Of a stretch of 64,000 bases of DNA, positions 19,247 to 29,173 are shown piece after piece. How positions within the stretch are numbered: the first letter of the stretch is position 1; every line of letters starts with the position of its first letter. This stretch comes from an uncultured Eubacteriales bacterium. Lineage in GTDB: Bacteria; Bacillota; Clostridia; Christensenellales; Aristaeellaceae. Below the pieces are notes generated by a model. The model saw only the letters and a list, made by a program, of their open reading frames with translations, searched no databases and was not told the DNA's origin. The stretch covers positions 2,656 to 66,655 of the forward strand of contig OMYT01000014.1 in NCBI GenBank assembly GCA_900315315.1. Direction: 5' to 3'. The position numbers were made by a program, and so were the translations under genes.

Positions 19247-20755
19247 TTACACTTTCCCGAACGTCAGGCTGTTGCCGCGTGTTTTTTTGCTGCGGTACAT
19301 TGCCTTGTCCGCGCCGGCATACAGTTCTGCAAAGGATGCCGCGTCTGCTTCCGTGTGAATCACGGCACCTGTGCTGATACTGATCTTCCCCTGCGGGAGC
19401 CCCGGCACCTGAAGATTCCTGATCTTTTCGAAAAGACGGCTGATAATGGCCCGTCCCATATTCCGGTCAATAATGCCAACCGCATATACACCGAATTCAT
19501 CACCGCCCAGCCGGATCATTACATCGTTGGAACGGAATGTGGCGCGAAGGGCGTCCGCGACAGCCAGAATCACCTGGTCTCCCGTCTGATGGCCGTAAGA
19601 ATCGTTGATCGACTTAAACTGATCGATATCAATCTCCAGGAACATGCCTGTATTGCCCGATTTCAGAAGCTCGTCAACCATTCGCTCACCGCTGACACGG
19701 TCAAAAAGAGCCGTCATGCGGTCCGTCTCCGAAAGCGCTTTCCATTTTTCACCCCGGCTTTCTTCCAGGCGGATCCGCATATGAAGCCGCTGCAGCGCCC
19801 GGTTTTTCGCGTACATTTTCAGGAAGAAAAAGACCAGGAAGAACACGATCAGCGCCAGAATAATACAGAAAATGATTATCGCGCGCGTCAGCGGGCGATA
19901 CCAGATATCCGCACTAATCAGACTGATACTGTACCAGTCGCCTTCCAGCTTATCTACATATACGGAGAAGTTGCCTTCAGCCGTCTGAATATCAAACTTC
20001 ATCTGTCTGTCAGTAAGAATCTTCCGGGCAACAGCTCCGCCCAGGCTTTCCGATTCGGTCAGATAGTTCCGGCCCAGCTGGCTTTTATCCGAATGGGCAA
20101 CAACGATTCCGCTGTTATCCATTACAAACGCCTGGCTGCCTTCTGTCGTGGCGGAAACTGCCTCAACAATCTTCTGAATAGGATCCAGACTTACGTCCAT
20201 GGCCAGGACGCTCTCCCCATCGTTCAGGAGATCTGAAACCGTCATCATGATGGTATATGTCTGCAGATCGAGGTACGGTTTGACGAACGTAATCTCATGA
20301 TCCGATTCCATCGTCTCGGTATACCAGGGGCGTTCCGTGGGAACATAGTCGGCATCTGGCACCCAGCCGGCTCCGTCCAGATACTCCCTGCTGATCCACC
20401 CGTAAAGACCGGTTGTGCTCGGATCCAGCGTGGCAACAATGTTATTTGTCTGCTCCGTCAGATATGCTTTGATCTTCTCGTTACCAGAGCCCAAAGCAAG
20501 CATGTTTTCTACCGTACGGCCTACCAGCGTCACGATATTTACACGCGTCAGCAGACAGCGGTCATATTCCATAGCCGCTTCCTTGGCATTGAGTTCGCTC
20601 CGCTGCATCAGGACTTCTTTTTCAGTTTTCAGTAAATGCCTTCCTGCATAAACAGCAATCCCGGCTGCAAGCAAAAAAACAATCAGAGAGATGATAATGG
20701 ATCTGGGGCCGATATATTTCAAAGTGTTCCGAAGTTTTCTGATCAGGTTCCTCAA
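19247..20755 (-). CDS. Cache-sensor diguanylate cyclase
   Basis: Two TM segments flank a Cache-like domain (ERPWY, KPYLD); RLGGDEF. Confidence 0.9.
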   Translation of the reverse strand: MRNLIRKLRNTLKYIGPRSIIISLIVFLLAAGIAVYAGRHLLKTEKEVLMQRSELNAKEAAMEYDRCLLTRVNIVTLVGRTVENMLALGSGNEKIKAYLTEQTNNIVATLDPSTTGLYGWISREYLDGAGWVPDADYVPTERPWYTETMESDHEITFVKPYLDLQTYTIMMTVSDLLNDGESVLAMDVSLDPIQKIVEAVSATTEGSQAFVMDNSGIVVAHSDKSQLGRNYLTESESLGGAVARKILTDRQMKFDIQTAEGNFSVYVDKLEGDWYSISLISADIWYRPLTRAIIIFCIILALIVFFLVFFFLKMYAKNRALQRLHMRIRLEESRGEKWKALSETDRMTALFDRVSGERMVDELLKSGNTGMFLEIDIDQFKSINDSYGHQTGDQVILAVADALRATFRSNDVMIRLGGDEFGVYAVGIIDRNMGRAIISRLFEKIRNLQVPGLPQGKISISTGAVIHTEADAASFAELYAGADKAMYRSKKTRGNSLTFGKV

Positions 20756-20927
20756 ATTTCAGGTCCTCCGCCTGCGATATCTGTATGGGTTGATCCCGGG
20801 TTTCCCCGTCCGCATATAGCTTTGCATAGTAAACCCTGATGGAGAAACCAAATGATTATACCCGATCCTCTTCGTCTCTATCAATAGAATGTTCCGGAAT
20901 GTCACATTTTTTCGCGTATCACCTGTT

Positions 20928-22946
20928 TTACCACTCTACTTTTTTCAGTGCCACGCCGGTCCGGCAGGGCAGATAGAGTTTGATGCCGTAGCCGAATTCG
21001 GTGTCCTGTGCCCAGTAAACATTGTCCATGTTGATCCGGGTCTGTCCGCCGTAGGGCCAGTCATCCGTGGAGAAGATCACCCTGTATCCGCCCGGGCCGG
21101 TGACCCGGCAGTTGATAAACACGCTCTCCTGGCTCCAGGTCGGGTGCAGGTTGAACGCATACAGCAGCCCGCCCCGGGCGAAGATCAGCAGTTTTTTCTC
21201 ATTGTCGATCCACAGGCTTTCCGCCGGACCGGTGCAGTGCACCTTATGGGTATTCATCAGATAGGTCATGCCCCGGTCAAAGTTCGCCAGCCATTCGAAC
21301 TTCGTGTTCCAGTTCTGCACCAGCGACCACTGCCGGCGGGCATAGTGATAGCTCCAGCCGTTCCCTTCCCGCGGGAAATCCACCCATTCCGGGTGGCCGA
21401 ACTCATTGCCGATGAAATTCAGATAGCCATTGCCCGCCAGGGAACAGGTCAGGAAGCGGATCACCTTGTGCATGTCAATCGCGCGGTCCATGCTCAGAGA
21501 ATGGTAATCCTTATTCATGCCGTTGTACATTTCCGCGTCTGCCATCCGAAAGATCAGGGATTTGTCCCCCACCAGCGCCTGGTCGTGGGATTCGGCATAG
21601 CCGATGCTCATTTCCCCGGGCCGGCCCCAGGTCAATTCGTGCCAAAGGGCATGCATGTTCCAGTCTTCCTGCATCTGATCCTTGACCAGTTTGATCCATA
21701 CATCCGGCATTCCCATCGCCAGGCGGTAATCAAAGCCCACACCGGCGTATTCCAGCGGCAGGCACATGCCCGGGAAACAGCTGACGTCCTCCGCGATGGT
21801 CATCGCCTTGGGATTGATCCCGTGGATCAGCTCATTCGCAAGCATCAGATAAATCCGTCCATCCACATTGGTATTCATGGAGAAATAGGAATCATATCCG
21901 TTGAAGGAGCAGTTGCCGTGATTCTCGTACATCATGGAGGTCACGCCGTCAAAGCGGAACCCGTCAAAGTGAAACTCGTCCTGCCAGTACTTCAGGTTGC
22001 TGAGCAGGAAATGGATCACGTCATGCTTGCTGTAATCGAAGATCCGGGTCTTCCAGTTGGGATGCCAGCCCCGGTCTCCCGGCAGGAAATACTGATCGTC
22101 CGTGCCGTCCAGCTGGTTCAGGCCCTCGCCCACGTTCGGACAGGCATGGCTATGCACGATATCCAGCAGCACGGAAATCCCCATGTTGTGCGCTTTATTG
22201 ATCAGATACTTCAGATCCTCCGGCGTCCCGTACCGGTGGGAGGGCGCAAAGAAATTCGTCACCTGATAACCGAAGGAGGCATAGTACGGATGTTCCTGGA
22301 TCGCCATCAGCTGAACGGTGTTGTATCCGGCGTATTTGATCCAGCCCAGCGTATTGTCGGCAAACTCCCGGTAGGAGCCGATATGCCCGTGCTCCTGCGC
22401 CATCCCGATGTGCGCCTCATAGATCATCGGGGAATCCGGTCTTTGTCTGCCGTAGAAATTCCCGTCCGTCCACTGGAAGGGCTCGTCCGGCATCCAGATC
22501 TGTCCGCACAGGGTCTCGGTAGCCATATCCATGACGCAGCGGGTGATATAGGCCGGGATCCGCTCAAAACTGACTCCCTGCCGGCCCACCTGCAGTTTGA
22601 TAAACTGCCCGTGCTTCAGCGCATCCCAGCCGTCCAGGGCAATCTCCCAGACGCCTCCGCCGATGTGGTGCAGCGAATCCTTCCATTTGGCCCAGTCATT
22701 GAAGTCCCCGGTCAGCCAGGCGGCGTCCGCCCCCGGAAGCCATTCCCGGAAAACCCAGCCGGTCTCCGTCCGGTGAAAGCCGAAATACCGATGGCCGTTG
22801 GCAAATTCCGAAATCGGATTGTCCCCCGCCAGATGCCAGCGGCGGTCGTTATACCGGTCCATATGCATCCGGATCTCCCCGGAATACGGCGTCAGTCCCG
22901 GATCTTTTTCCATCAGGAACCATAATGCGTCGTCTACATGAATCAC
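20928..22946 (-). CDS. glgB: 1,4-alpha-glucan branching enzyme (GH13)
   Basis: FDGFRFDGVTSM, AEDVS, YAESHDQALVGDK; RBS spacing favours GTG 22946. Confidence 0.92.
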   Translation of the reverse strand: MIHVDDALWFLMEKDPGLTPYSGEIRMHMDRYNDRRWHLAGDNPISEFANGHRYFGFHRTETGWVFREWLPGADAAWLTGDFNDWAKWKDSLHHIGGGVWEIALDGWDALKHGQFIKLQVGRQGVSFERIPAYITRCVMDMATETLCGQIWMPDEPFQWTDGNFYGRQRPDSPMIYEAHIGMAQEHGHIGSYREFADNTLGWIKYAGYNTVQLMAIQEHPYYASFGYQVTNFFAPSHRYGTPEDLKYLINKAHNMGISVLLDIVHSHACPNVGEGLNQLDGTDDQYFLPGDRGWHPNWKTRIFDYSKHDVIHFLLSNLKYWQDEFHFDGFRFDGVTSMMYENHGNCSFNGYDSYFSMNTNVDGRIYLMLANELIHGINPKAMTIAEDVSCFPGMCLPLEYAGVGFDYRLAMGMPDVWIKLVKDQMQEDWNMHALWHELTWGRPGEMSIGYAESHDQALVGDKSLIFRMADAEMYNGMNKDYHSLSMDRAIDMHKVIRFLTCSLAGNGYLNFIGNEFGHPEWVDFPREGNGWSYHYARRQWSLVQNWNTKFEWLANFDRGMTYLMNTHKVHCTGPAESLWIDNEKKLLIFARGGLLYAFNLHPTWSQESVFINCRVTGPGGYRVIFSTDDWPYGGQTRINMDNVYWAQDTEFGYGIKLYLPCRTGVALKKVEW

Positions 22947-23307
22947 GGGCAATCCTCCTTGATCTGTTATGAATTCGATTTGTTCGCACGGACAGCATAC
23001 AGTATATCATACAAATCGCAGCAATGCCATAACACAGATCATACCCATGGCGTATGGATCTCCCGTTTTTTCAAGGGAAAGCGTTTATGGATGCCTTTGG
23101 GGTTTCCTGCTGTTCAATAAAAGTGTGATTTTCCGGAACATTACCCTTTATTATTACGCTTTTGCAACGTTCTGTATGTTATACTGTTATTAATATATTG
23201 CATGTCGGAGTTCCCCTGCGGCAGGGACCGCAGAAACCGACACAGCAGAATATCCCTTCCGTTGCTTCCGAAACGGACAGCTGTGGAACAAAGAAAGGCA
23301 GGAAACC

Positions 23308-23371
23308 ATGAAAAAACTGATCGCCTTATAACCGGAAGACGCTGACGGACTACATCAACAGCCTATACTAA
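23308..23371 (+). pseudogene. Possible deletion scar of a secreted-protein gene
   Basis: RBS-like sequence plus MKKLIAL-stop, abutting out-of-frame YNRKTLTDYINSLY-stop. Confidence 0.35.
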
Positions 23372-23440
23372 GGTACGATACCCGATTCGCAGCAATATGA
23401 TTGATTCATGATTTTCATTACAGAAGAGAGAGGTGCCATT

Positions 23441-24016
23441 ATGGGATTATTTGACAAGCTGTTCAACTACCGCGATGCCGGTGAAAAGCCAAGTGCAAAC
23501 ACTACGGAGAATTTCGGCGAACCGGTTCGTTCGCTGTTCACCTCCACGGGAGCGCTCTCCCTGAAGCAGAACACTGAAATCACGGACGATCAGGGACGTC
23601 TGGCTTACAAAGCCAGTTCAAAAGTCGTCACGCTCAAAGATGAAACCGATGTAACGGATGCCAACGGCAAACCGGTTGCTCATTTCGCGAGTAAAGTTAT
23701 TTCCCTCCATGAACGCCATATCGTTGATATGGCGGACGGTACACATTTTGAACTCTCAAACGAGCTCAGGCACATCGTAAAGGATGTCACCAACATTGAG
23801 GGGCTGGGCTGGCAGCTGCGGGGCAACATCATCGGTCTGGATTTCCAGCTCTACGATGCAAAGGGAGCCATTATCGCCGTGATTTCCCAGAAAGCTGTCT
23901 CTATTAAGGATAAGTACTGCATCGACATTTACCAGCCGCAGTATGAGCCGATTGTTGTAACCATACTCGTTGCACTGCAGCATATGGTCAGGGACCGCGA
24001 GTATGCAGGAGCTTAA
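23441..24016 (+). CDS. LURP-one/Tubby C-terminal-like (scramblase-related) protein
   Basis: I.D..G....K..SK...L repeats, GW.L.GNI...DF; GAGG RBS before ATG 23441. Confidence 0.75.
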   Translation: MGLFDKLFNYRDAGEKPSANTTENFGEPVRSLFTSTGALSLKQNTEITDDQGRLAYKASSKVVTLKDETDVTDANGKPVAHFASKVISLHERHIVDMADGTHFELSNELRHIVKDVTNIEGLGWQLRGNIIGLDFQLYDAKGAIIAVISQKAVSIKDKYCIDIYQPQYEPIVVTILVALQHMVRDREYAGA

Positions 24017-24093
24017 ACAGCAGCCAGACCGAACCGGAAAATACAATTGCTGAAAAGGAAAAAAAGAAATGAAAATACTTTTCAGCATACCAG

Positions 24094-24126
24094 CGCGTCT
24101 CACTGCGGAGTGAGACGCGTTTGTTT
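24094..24126 (+). terminator. Intrinsic terminator
   Basis: cgcgtctcact-gcgg-agtgagacgcg followed by T-rich tail. Confidence 0.8.
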
Positions 24127-24217
24127 ACCGGATTCATCAGGGTTGAACGCCGGATGAAAATGATGTATTTTTATATCAGTACTGAATAAACAAGTCTGGT
24201 TTGTGACGGAGGTAAAA

Positions 24218-26035
24218 ATGATGCTGAAAGCGGTTCACGGAAAAGACGTTCATATGCTGCCGGGGCTTTTCCAAAGGCGGATGAAACTGAACGAGGATTA
24301 CCTGATGGAATTGGATCCCGCCTGCCTGCTGCAGAATTTTTATCTGGAAGCCGGGATCATCCCGGACGGCTGCCAGGTGCTGCCGGATCCGGAAAAGGCG
24401 AAGATGCACTGGGGCTGGGAAGCGCCGAGCTGCCAGCTGCGGGGGCACTTCCTCGGCCACTGGCTGTCGGCTGCCGCCGTGCTGTGTTCCGGCGGAAAGA
24501 AACCCGAGCTGAAAGCCCGGGCGGATCATATCGTGGATGAACTGGCCCGCTGCCAGCAGCTGAACGGCGGGGAATGGGTCGGCTCCATCCCAGAAAAATA
24601 CTTTGCCATGATGGTACCCGGCCGCTATATCTGGTCCCCTCAGTATACGATGCACAAGACCATCATGGGTCTGAAGGACATCTATGACCGTCTCGGCAAC
24701 GAAACGGCCCTTGAGATTCTGGATCATCTGGCTGACTGGTACGTCCGGTGGGTCACGGACGTGGAGGAAACAAACCCTGCCGCCGTGTTCAGCGGAGAGC
24801 AGGCCGGCATGCTGGAGGTCTGGGCGGATCTGTATGCCCTGACCCGAAAGGAGAAATACCTCTTCCTCGTCCGCGCGTATGAAAGCAACGCGCTCTTTGA
24901 CCGCCTGGATACCGGCAGCGACGCGCTGAGCGATTTCCATGCCAACGCATCCATTCCCGTGTCCCACGGCGCAGGGCGGCTGTATGAGATCACCGGGGAC
25001 AGCAAATGGATGCGCCGCATGGAGGCCTTCTGGAAAACGGCCGTGACCGACCGGGGCATGTTCGCAACCACAGGCTGCAATGCCGGCGAGTTCTGGATTC
25101 CGCCGCACAGCCAGGGACGCTTCATCGGCCGGGAAACCCAGGAATTCTGCACGGTATACAACATGGTCCGCACGGCGGAATACCTGTACCGCTGGACCGG
25201 GGACACGCGCTATGCGGATTATATCGAGCAGGCGATTTACAACGGTTTCCTCGCCCAGCAGAACAAGGACACCGGCATGCCGACCTACTTCCTGCCCATG
25301 GCGCCGGGAAGCCGGAAAAAATGGGGGTCCCGAACCCGGGACTTCTGGTGCTGTTTCGGAACGATGGTTCAGGCCCAGACGATTTATCCCGAGCTGGTGT
25401 GGTATACCGCGGAAGACGGCGTGACCGTCAGTCAGTATATCCCCTCGGAAGCGGAAGTGACCCTCCCAGGCGGAAAAGTCCGCCTGGAGCAGGCTATTCA
25501 CATGAAGAATTACGGGGAACAGGTGCTCTTTGATGACCAGGCCGGCGGAAGGGTCTCCCGCTGGAGCCTGCGTTTCACCGTCCGTTCCGAAACTGAGGAA
25601 GCCTGGTCGCTGCGCCTTCGCGTTCCCGGATGGTGCGCCGGGGAGCCGGTGGTCAGTCTGAACGGGAAGCCCATAACACCGGAAAAGCGCAACTGTTATC
25701 TGGAAATTCGACGCGCGTGGGGCGCGGAAGACCAACTGGACGTGTTCTTCCCGAGCCAAATCGTCTTCGTACCGCTGGACGGTGCAGATGAACTGGTCTG
25801 CGCGATGGACGGGCCGATCGTCCTGGCCGGGCTGACGGAACACGATGCCGGGCTGCGTGGTGATCTCAGCCATCCGGAAAGCCTGCTTCTGCCCGATCAG
25901 GCACATACCTACGGCGCCTTTGTCTGGACGCAGAACGAATATCTGACCCGGGGGCAGGACAGCAACTTCCGGATGGTTCCGCTGTACGAAGTGCAGGATG
26001 AACCCTATACAGTGTATTTTACGAGAAAAGCATGA
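24218..26035 (+). CDS. GH127/GH146 beta-L-arabinofuranosidase-like glycoside hydrolase
   Basis: GWE...CQLRGHFLGHWLSA, HANASIP, EFCTVYNM, FWCCFGT. Confidence 0.88.
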   Translation: MMLKAVHGKDVHMLPGLFQRRMKLNEDYLMELDPACLLQNFYLEAGIIPDGCQVLPDPEKAKMHWGWEAPSCQLRGHFLGHWLSAAAVLCSGGKKPELKARADHIVDELARCQQLNGGEWVGSIPEKYFAMMVPGRYIWSPQYTMHKTIMGLKDIYDRLGNETALEILDHLADWYVRWVTDVEETNPAAVFSGEQAGMLEVWADLYALTRKEKYLFLVRAYESNALFDRLDTGSDALSDFHANASIPVSHGAGRLYEITGDSKWMRRMEAFWKTAVTDRGMFATTGCNAGEFWIPPHSQGRFIGRETQEFCTVYNMVRTAEYLYRWTGDTRYADYIEQAIYNGFLAQQNKDTGMPTYFLPMAPGSRKKWGSRTRDFWCCFGTMVQAQTIYPELVWYTAEDGVTVSQYIPSEAEVTLPGGKVRLEQAIHMKNYGEQVLFDDQAGGRVSRWSLRFTVRSETEEAWSLRLRVPGWCAGEPVVSLNGKPITPEKRNCYLEIRRAWGAEDQLDVFFPSQIVFVPLDGADELVCAMDGPIVLAGLTEHDAGLRGDLSHPESLLLPDQAHTYGAFVWTQNEYLTRGQDSNFRMVPLYEVQDEPYTVYFTRKA

Positions 26036-26059
26036 TCAATGGAGGGGATGTGAAAGACG

Positions 26060-27313
26060 GTGCAGATCTACCATGCGAATATCGTCTGGTCCGAAAACCG
26101 AGACAAATTTGCTGTCCGCAGGGACAGCTATATTGCCGTAGAAAACGGCATAGTGGAAGGAATCTACGGGAAACTGCCGGAGAAATATACCGGTGCGCCG
26201 CTGACAGACTACGGTAACAATGTGATGATCCCCGCGTTCTCGGACCTGCACGTCCACGCGCCGCAGTATCCGCAGCGGGGCCTGGGCATGGATCTTCTGC
26301 TCTCGGACTGGCTGAACACCTATACCTTCCCCCAGGAGGCGCGCTGCGCGGATCCCGAATACGCCGATGCGGTATACGAAGCCTTCCTGAAAAGCCTGAT
26401 CGAAAACGGCACCTTCCACGCCTGCGTGTACGGAACGATCCACCGGGAAGCAACATCCGGGCTGCTGGAGAAAATGGAAGCACTGAACCTCCGCGCCTAT
26501 GTGGGCAAGGTCAACATGGATATCCAGTCCCCGGAATACCTGTGCGAAACCATGGAGGAATCCCTGCGGGAAACGGAGATCTTTCTGGAAACATACGCCG
26601 GAAACCAATACGCGAAGCCGATCATCACCCCGCGGTTCGCCCCAACCTGCAGTTTTGAACTGCTGAAAGGATTAGGCAGGCTCGGAAAGAAGTATCAGGC
26701 CGGCATGCAGACGCACCTGGTAGAATCCAGATGGGAGGCTGCCGAATCCGTTCGCCTGAATCCGGAATGCTCCTGTGATACACAGATCTACGAAAAAGCC
26801 GGCCTGCTGGAAAACGGGCCGGTCATCGCAGCACACTTCATCTTCCCAAGCGATGAAGATATCCGGTTATTAAAGAAATGCAGCGGGTACGCGGTTCAGT
26901 GCCCGGACGCCACGGTGAACGTAATTGCGGGAATTATGCAGACTGCGTCGCTGGCGGATCAGGGCATCAGGCTTGCGCTCGGCAGCGACATCGCCGGCGG
27001 GCACCTGCCGGGGATCTACACACAGGCTTCCCGCTCCGTGCAGCTTTCCAAGCTGAAGGCATTCTATGAGCCGGAAGCAAACCGGGCCATTCCGTTCGAA
27101 AACGCGTTCTTCATGGCAACCAAAGAAGGCGGCGCGCTGTTCGGAAAGGTCGGCAGCCTGGAACCCGGTTATGAATTCGACGCGCTGGTGATCCGCGATT
27201 TCTCGGATCCCTTCCGGGAAATCAGGCCGGAGGAAACCGTGGAGCGGTTCTGCTATACCGGCAATCCGGCGGACATCCTGGCCGGGTTCATCCATGGAAA
27301 AGCCGTGATCTGA
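26060..27313 (+). CDS. guaD: Guanine deaminase-like amidohydrolase
   Basis: DLHVHAPQY, ITPRFAPTCS, QTHL and GSDIAGG motifs. Confidence 0.85.
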   Translation: MQIYHANIVWSENRDKFAVRRDSYIAVENGIVEGIYGKLPEKYTGAPLTDYGNNVMIPAFSDLHVHAPQYPQRGLGMDLLLSDWLNTYTFPQEARCADPEYADAVYEAFLKSLIENGTFHACVYGTIHREATSGLLEKMEALNLRAYVGKVNMDIQSPEYLCETMEESLRETEIFLETYAGNQYAKPIITPRFAPTCSFELLKGLGRLGKKYQAGMQTHLVESRWEAAESVRLNPECSCDTQIYEKAGLLENGPVIAAHFIFPSDEDIRLLKKCSGYAVQCPDATVNVIAGIMQTASLADQGIRLALGSDIAGGHLPGIYTQASRSVQLSKLKAFYEPEANRAIPFENAFFMATKEGGALFGKVGSLEPGYEFDALVIRDFSDPFREIRPEETVERFCYTGNPADILAGFIHGKAVI

Positions 27314-27318
27314 TCCGC

Positions 27319-28560
27319 TTATTCCTCGCGGTGGTCGAACACGCGGCGGGTCTTCTTTTCGGATCTGGGCAGCGTGTTCAGGGCAATTACGGCAACCTTC
27401 GGCGTCACGTTCAGTCTGGACTTGAAGAGCTGCCTGATCGTTTCTCCTGTGGCATTGAAATCCACCCGGCCTTCCGCTTCCACGGTGACCATGATGATAT
27501 CCCGGTTGTTGGCGTCGTCATGGGCGATATCGATTTTGTATTCGCTGCTGACGCCATCCACCATGCCGAGGATTTCCTCCACCTGGCTGGGGAACATATT
27601 GACCCCGTGGACCTTGAACATATCGTCGCTCCGACCCTTGATGATGTCCAGGCGGGGGTATTTCCGGCCGCAGCGGCACTCCCCGGGCAGGATCCTCGAA
27701 AGATCATGGGTCCGGAAACGGATCAGCGGTGCGCCTTCCTTGACGAGAGTTGTGATGACGATCTCACCCTCCTCGCCGTCCGGAAGCACCTCGCCCGTCT
27801 GCGGGTCAATGATCTCCGTATAGAGATAATCGTCGAAGATATGCATACCATACTCACCCAGGCAGTTGATGCCGATGCCGGGTCCGTAGATCTCCGTAAG
27901 GCCGTAGATATCGTACAGTTCGATCCCGAGAGCCTCGCCGATATACTTCCGTTTGGCCTCGCTCCAGCGTTCGGAGCCGATGACGCCTTTCTTCAGTTTA
28001 ATCTTATCCTTCAGGCCGCGCCGGTTGATTTCCTCCGCCAGCAGCAGCGCATAGGAAGAGGTGGCGCAGATGACCGTGGACTCCAGATCAATCATCATCT
28101 GCAGCTGCTTGTCCGTGTTGCCGGGACCCATGGGGATCGCCATGGCGCCCAGTTTCTCACAGCCGACCTGGAAGCCGATGCCGGCCGTCCACAGGCCGTA
28201 ACCGGGTGTGATCTGGATACGGTCTTTTTTCGTGATACCGGCAATCTCATAGCAGCGGGCAAACATCGTGGCCCAGTCATCCACATCCTTTGCGGTATAA
28301 GGAATGATGACCGGTTTCCCCGTGGTACCGGAGGAAGAATGGATCCGCACGACCTCCTCATCCGGAACCGCCTGTATGCCCAGGGGATAGGCATTGCGCA
28401 GGTCCGCCTTGTCAGTGAAGGGGATCTTCAGGAAATCCTCGGGGCTGCTGACGCCGGTAATTCCCGCCTTTTGATACACTTTGCTGTAATAGTTCCCGCT
28501 GGCCAGAATCCGTTTGATCTGTTTGTCCACCAATGCCAGCTGCGCATCGTTGATCTTCAT
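27319..28560 (-). CDS. paaK: Phenylacetate-CoA ligase family
   Basis: RIHSSSGTTGKP, DIYGLTE, GRSDDM, GVNMFPSQ. Confidence 0.9.
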   Translation of the reverse strand: MKINDAQLALVDKQIKRILASGNYYSKVYQKAGITGVSSPEDFLKIPFTDKADLRNAYPLGIQAVPDEEVVRIHSSSGTTGKPVIIPYTAKDVDDWATMFARCYEIAGITKKDRIQITPGYGLWTAGIGFQVGCEKLGAMAIPMGPGNTDKQLQMMIDLESTVICATSSYALLLAEEINRRGLKDKIKLKKGVIGSERWSEAKRKYIGEALGIELYDIYGLTEIYGPGIGINCLGEYGMHIFDDYLYTEIIDPQTGEVLPDGEEGEIVITTLVKEGAPLIRFRTHDLSRILPGECRCGRKYPRLDIIKGRSDDMFKVHGVNMFPSQVEEILGMVDGVSSEYKIDIAHDDANNRDIIMVTVEAEGRVDFNATGETIRQLFKSRLNVTPKVAVIALNTLPRSEKKTRRVFDHREE

Positions 28561-28561
28561 G

Positions 28562-29173
28562 TCATCTTTCTCCTTTCAGGTTTGCATTCGCCTGTCCGGC
28601 GATTTCAATCCCGGCGTTGAACGCCCGGATGTTCACATCCAGGAACCTGGCCGGTACATTTTTTTCAATCTGTTTCAGCAGGGTTTCCCTGCTCAGGCCC
28701 AGATGACCGGAACCGGCCGCCACCCCGAGCATAATGATGTTGAAGAACTTCGAGGACCCAAAGGGTGCGCACACTTCTTCCGCATTGACAAAGATACAGT
28801 CACACTTTTTTCCAAGATACGCCGTCATTTCGCTGCCGTCGTACCCGGTGCCCTTCAGGCTCTCGGTCACCGGCTTCACAGCAGCGGTATTCACCACGGC
28901 GGTCCCGCCCCTGCGGAGGTACCGCAGGTTCCGGACAGCCTCCCCCGGCTCGAAAGCCAGGATCATATCCGCTGCCCCGAAGGGAATCATGGGAGAGTAT
29001 GCCTCCCCGCCGATGCGCACATGGCTGGTTACAGAGCCGCCGCGCTGCGCCATGCCGATGGTTTCGGCGGAATGCACGGGGCTTCCCTCGTCCATGGCCG
29101 CCGCAGCGATGATCCGGGAAGCCAGCACAGTGCCCTGGCCGCCGACACCGCAGACCAGGATATCCTTGTTCAT
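28562..29173 (-). CDS. iorB: Indolepyruvate:ferredoxin oxidoreductase beta subunit
   Basis: GVGGQG and GMAQRGGSVTSHVR; ATGA overlap with iorA. Confidence 0.92.
   Translation of the reverse strand: MNKDILVCGVGGQGTVLASRIIAAAAMDEGSPVHSAETIGMAQRGGSVTSHVRIGGEAYSPMIPFGAADMILAFEPGEAVRNLRYLRRGGTAVVNTAAVKPVTESLKGTGYDGSEMTAYLGKKCDCIFVNAEEVCAPFGSSKFFNIIMLGVAAGSGHLGLSRETLLKQIEKNVPARFLDVNIRAFNAGIEIAGQANANLKGER

Noticed and set aside
26048-26062. In-frame ATG-TGA before guaD suggesting selenocysteine or readthrough
   Set aside because: The RBS is only 2 nt from the ATG and no SECIS-like hairpin is evident; GTG 26060 is the simpler start.
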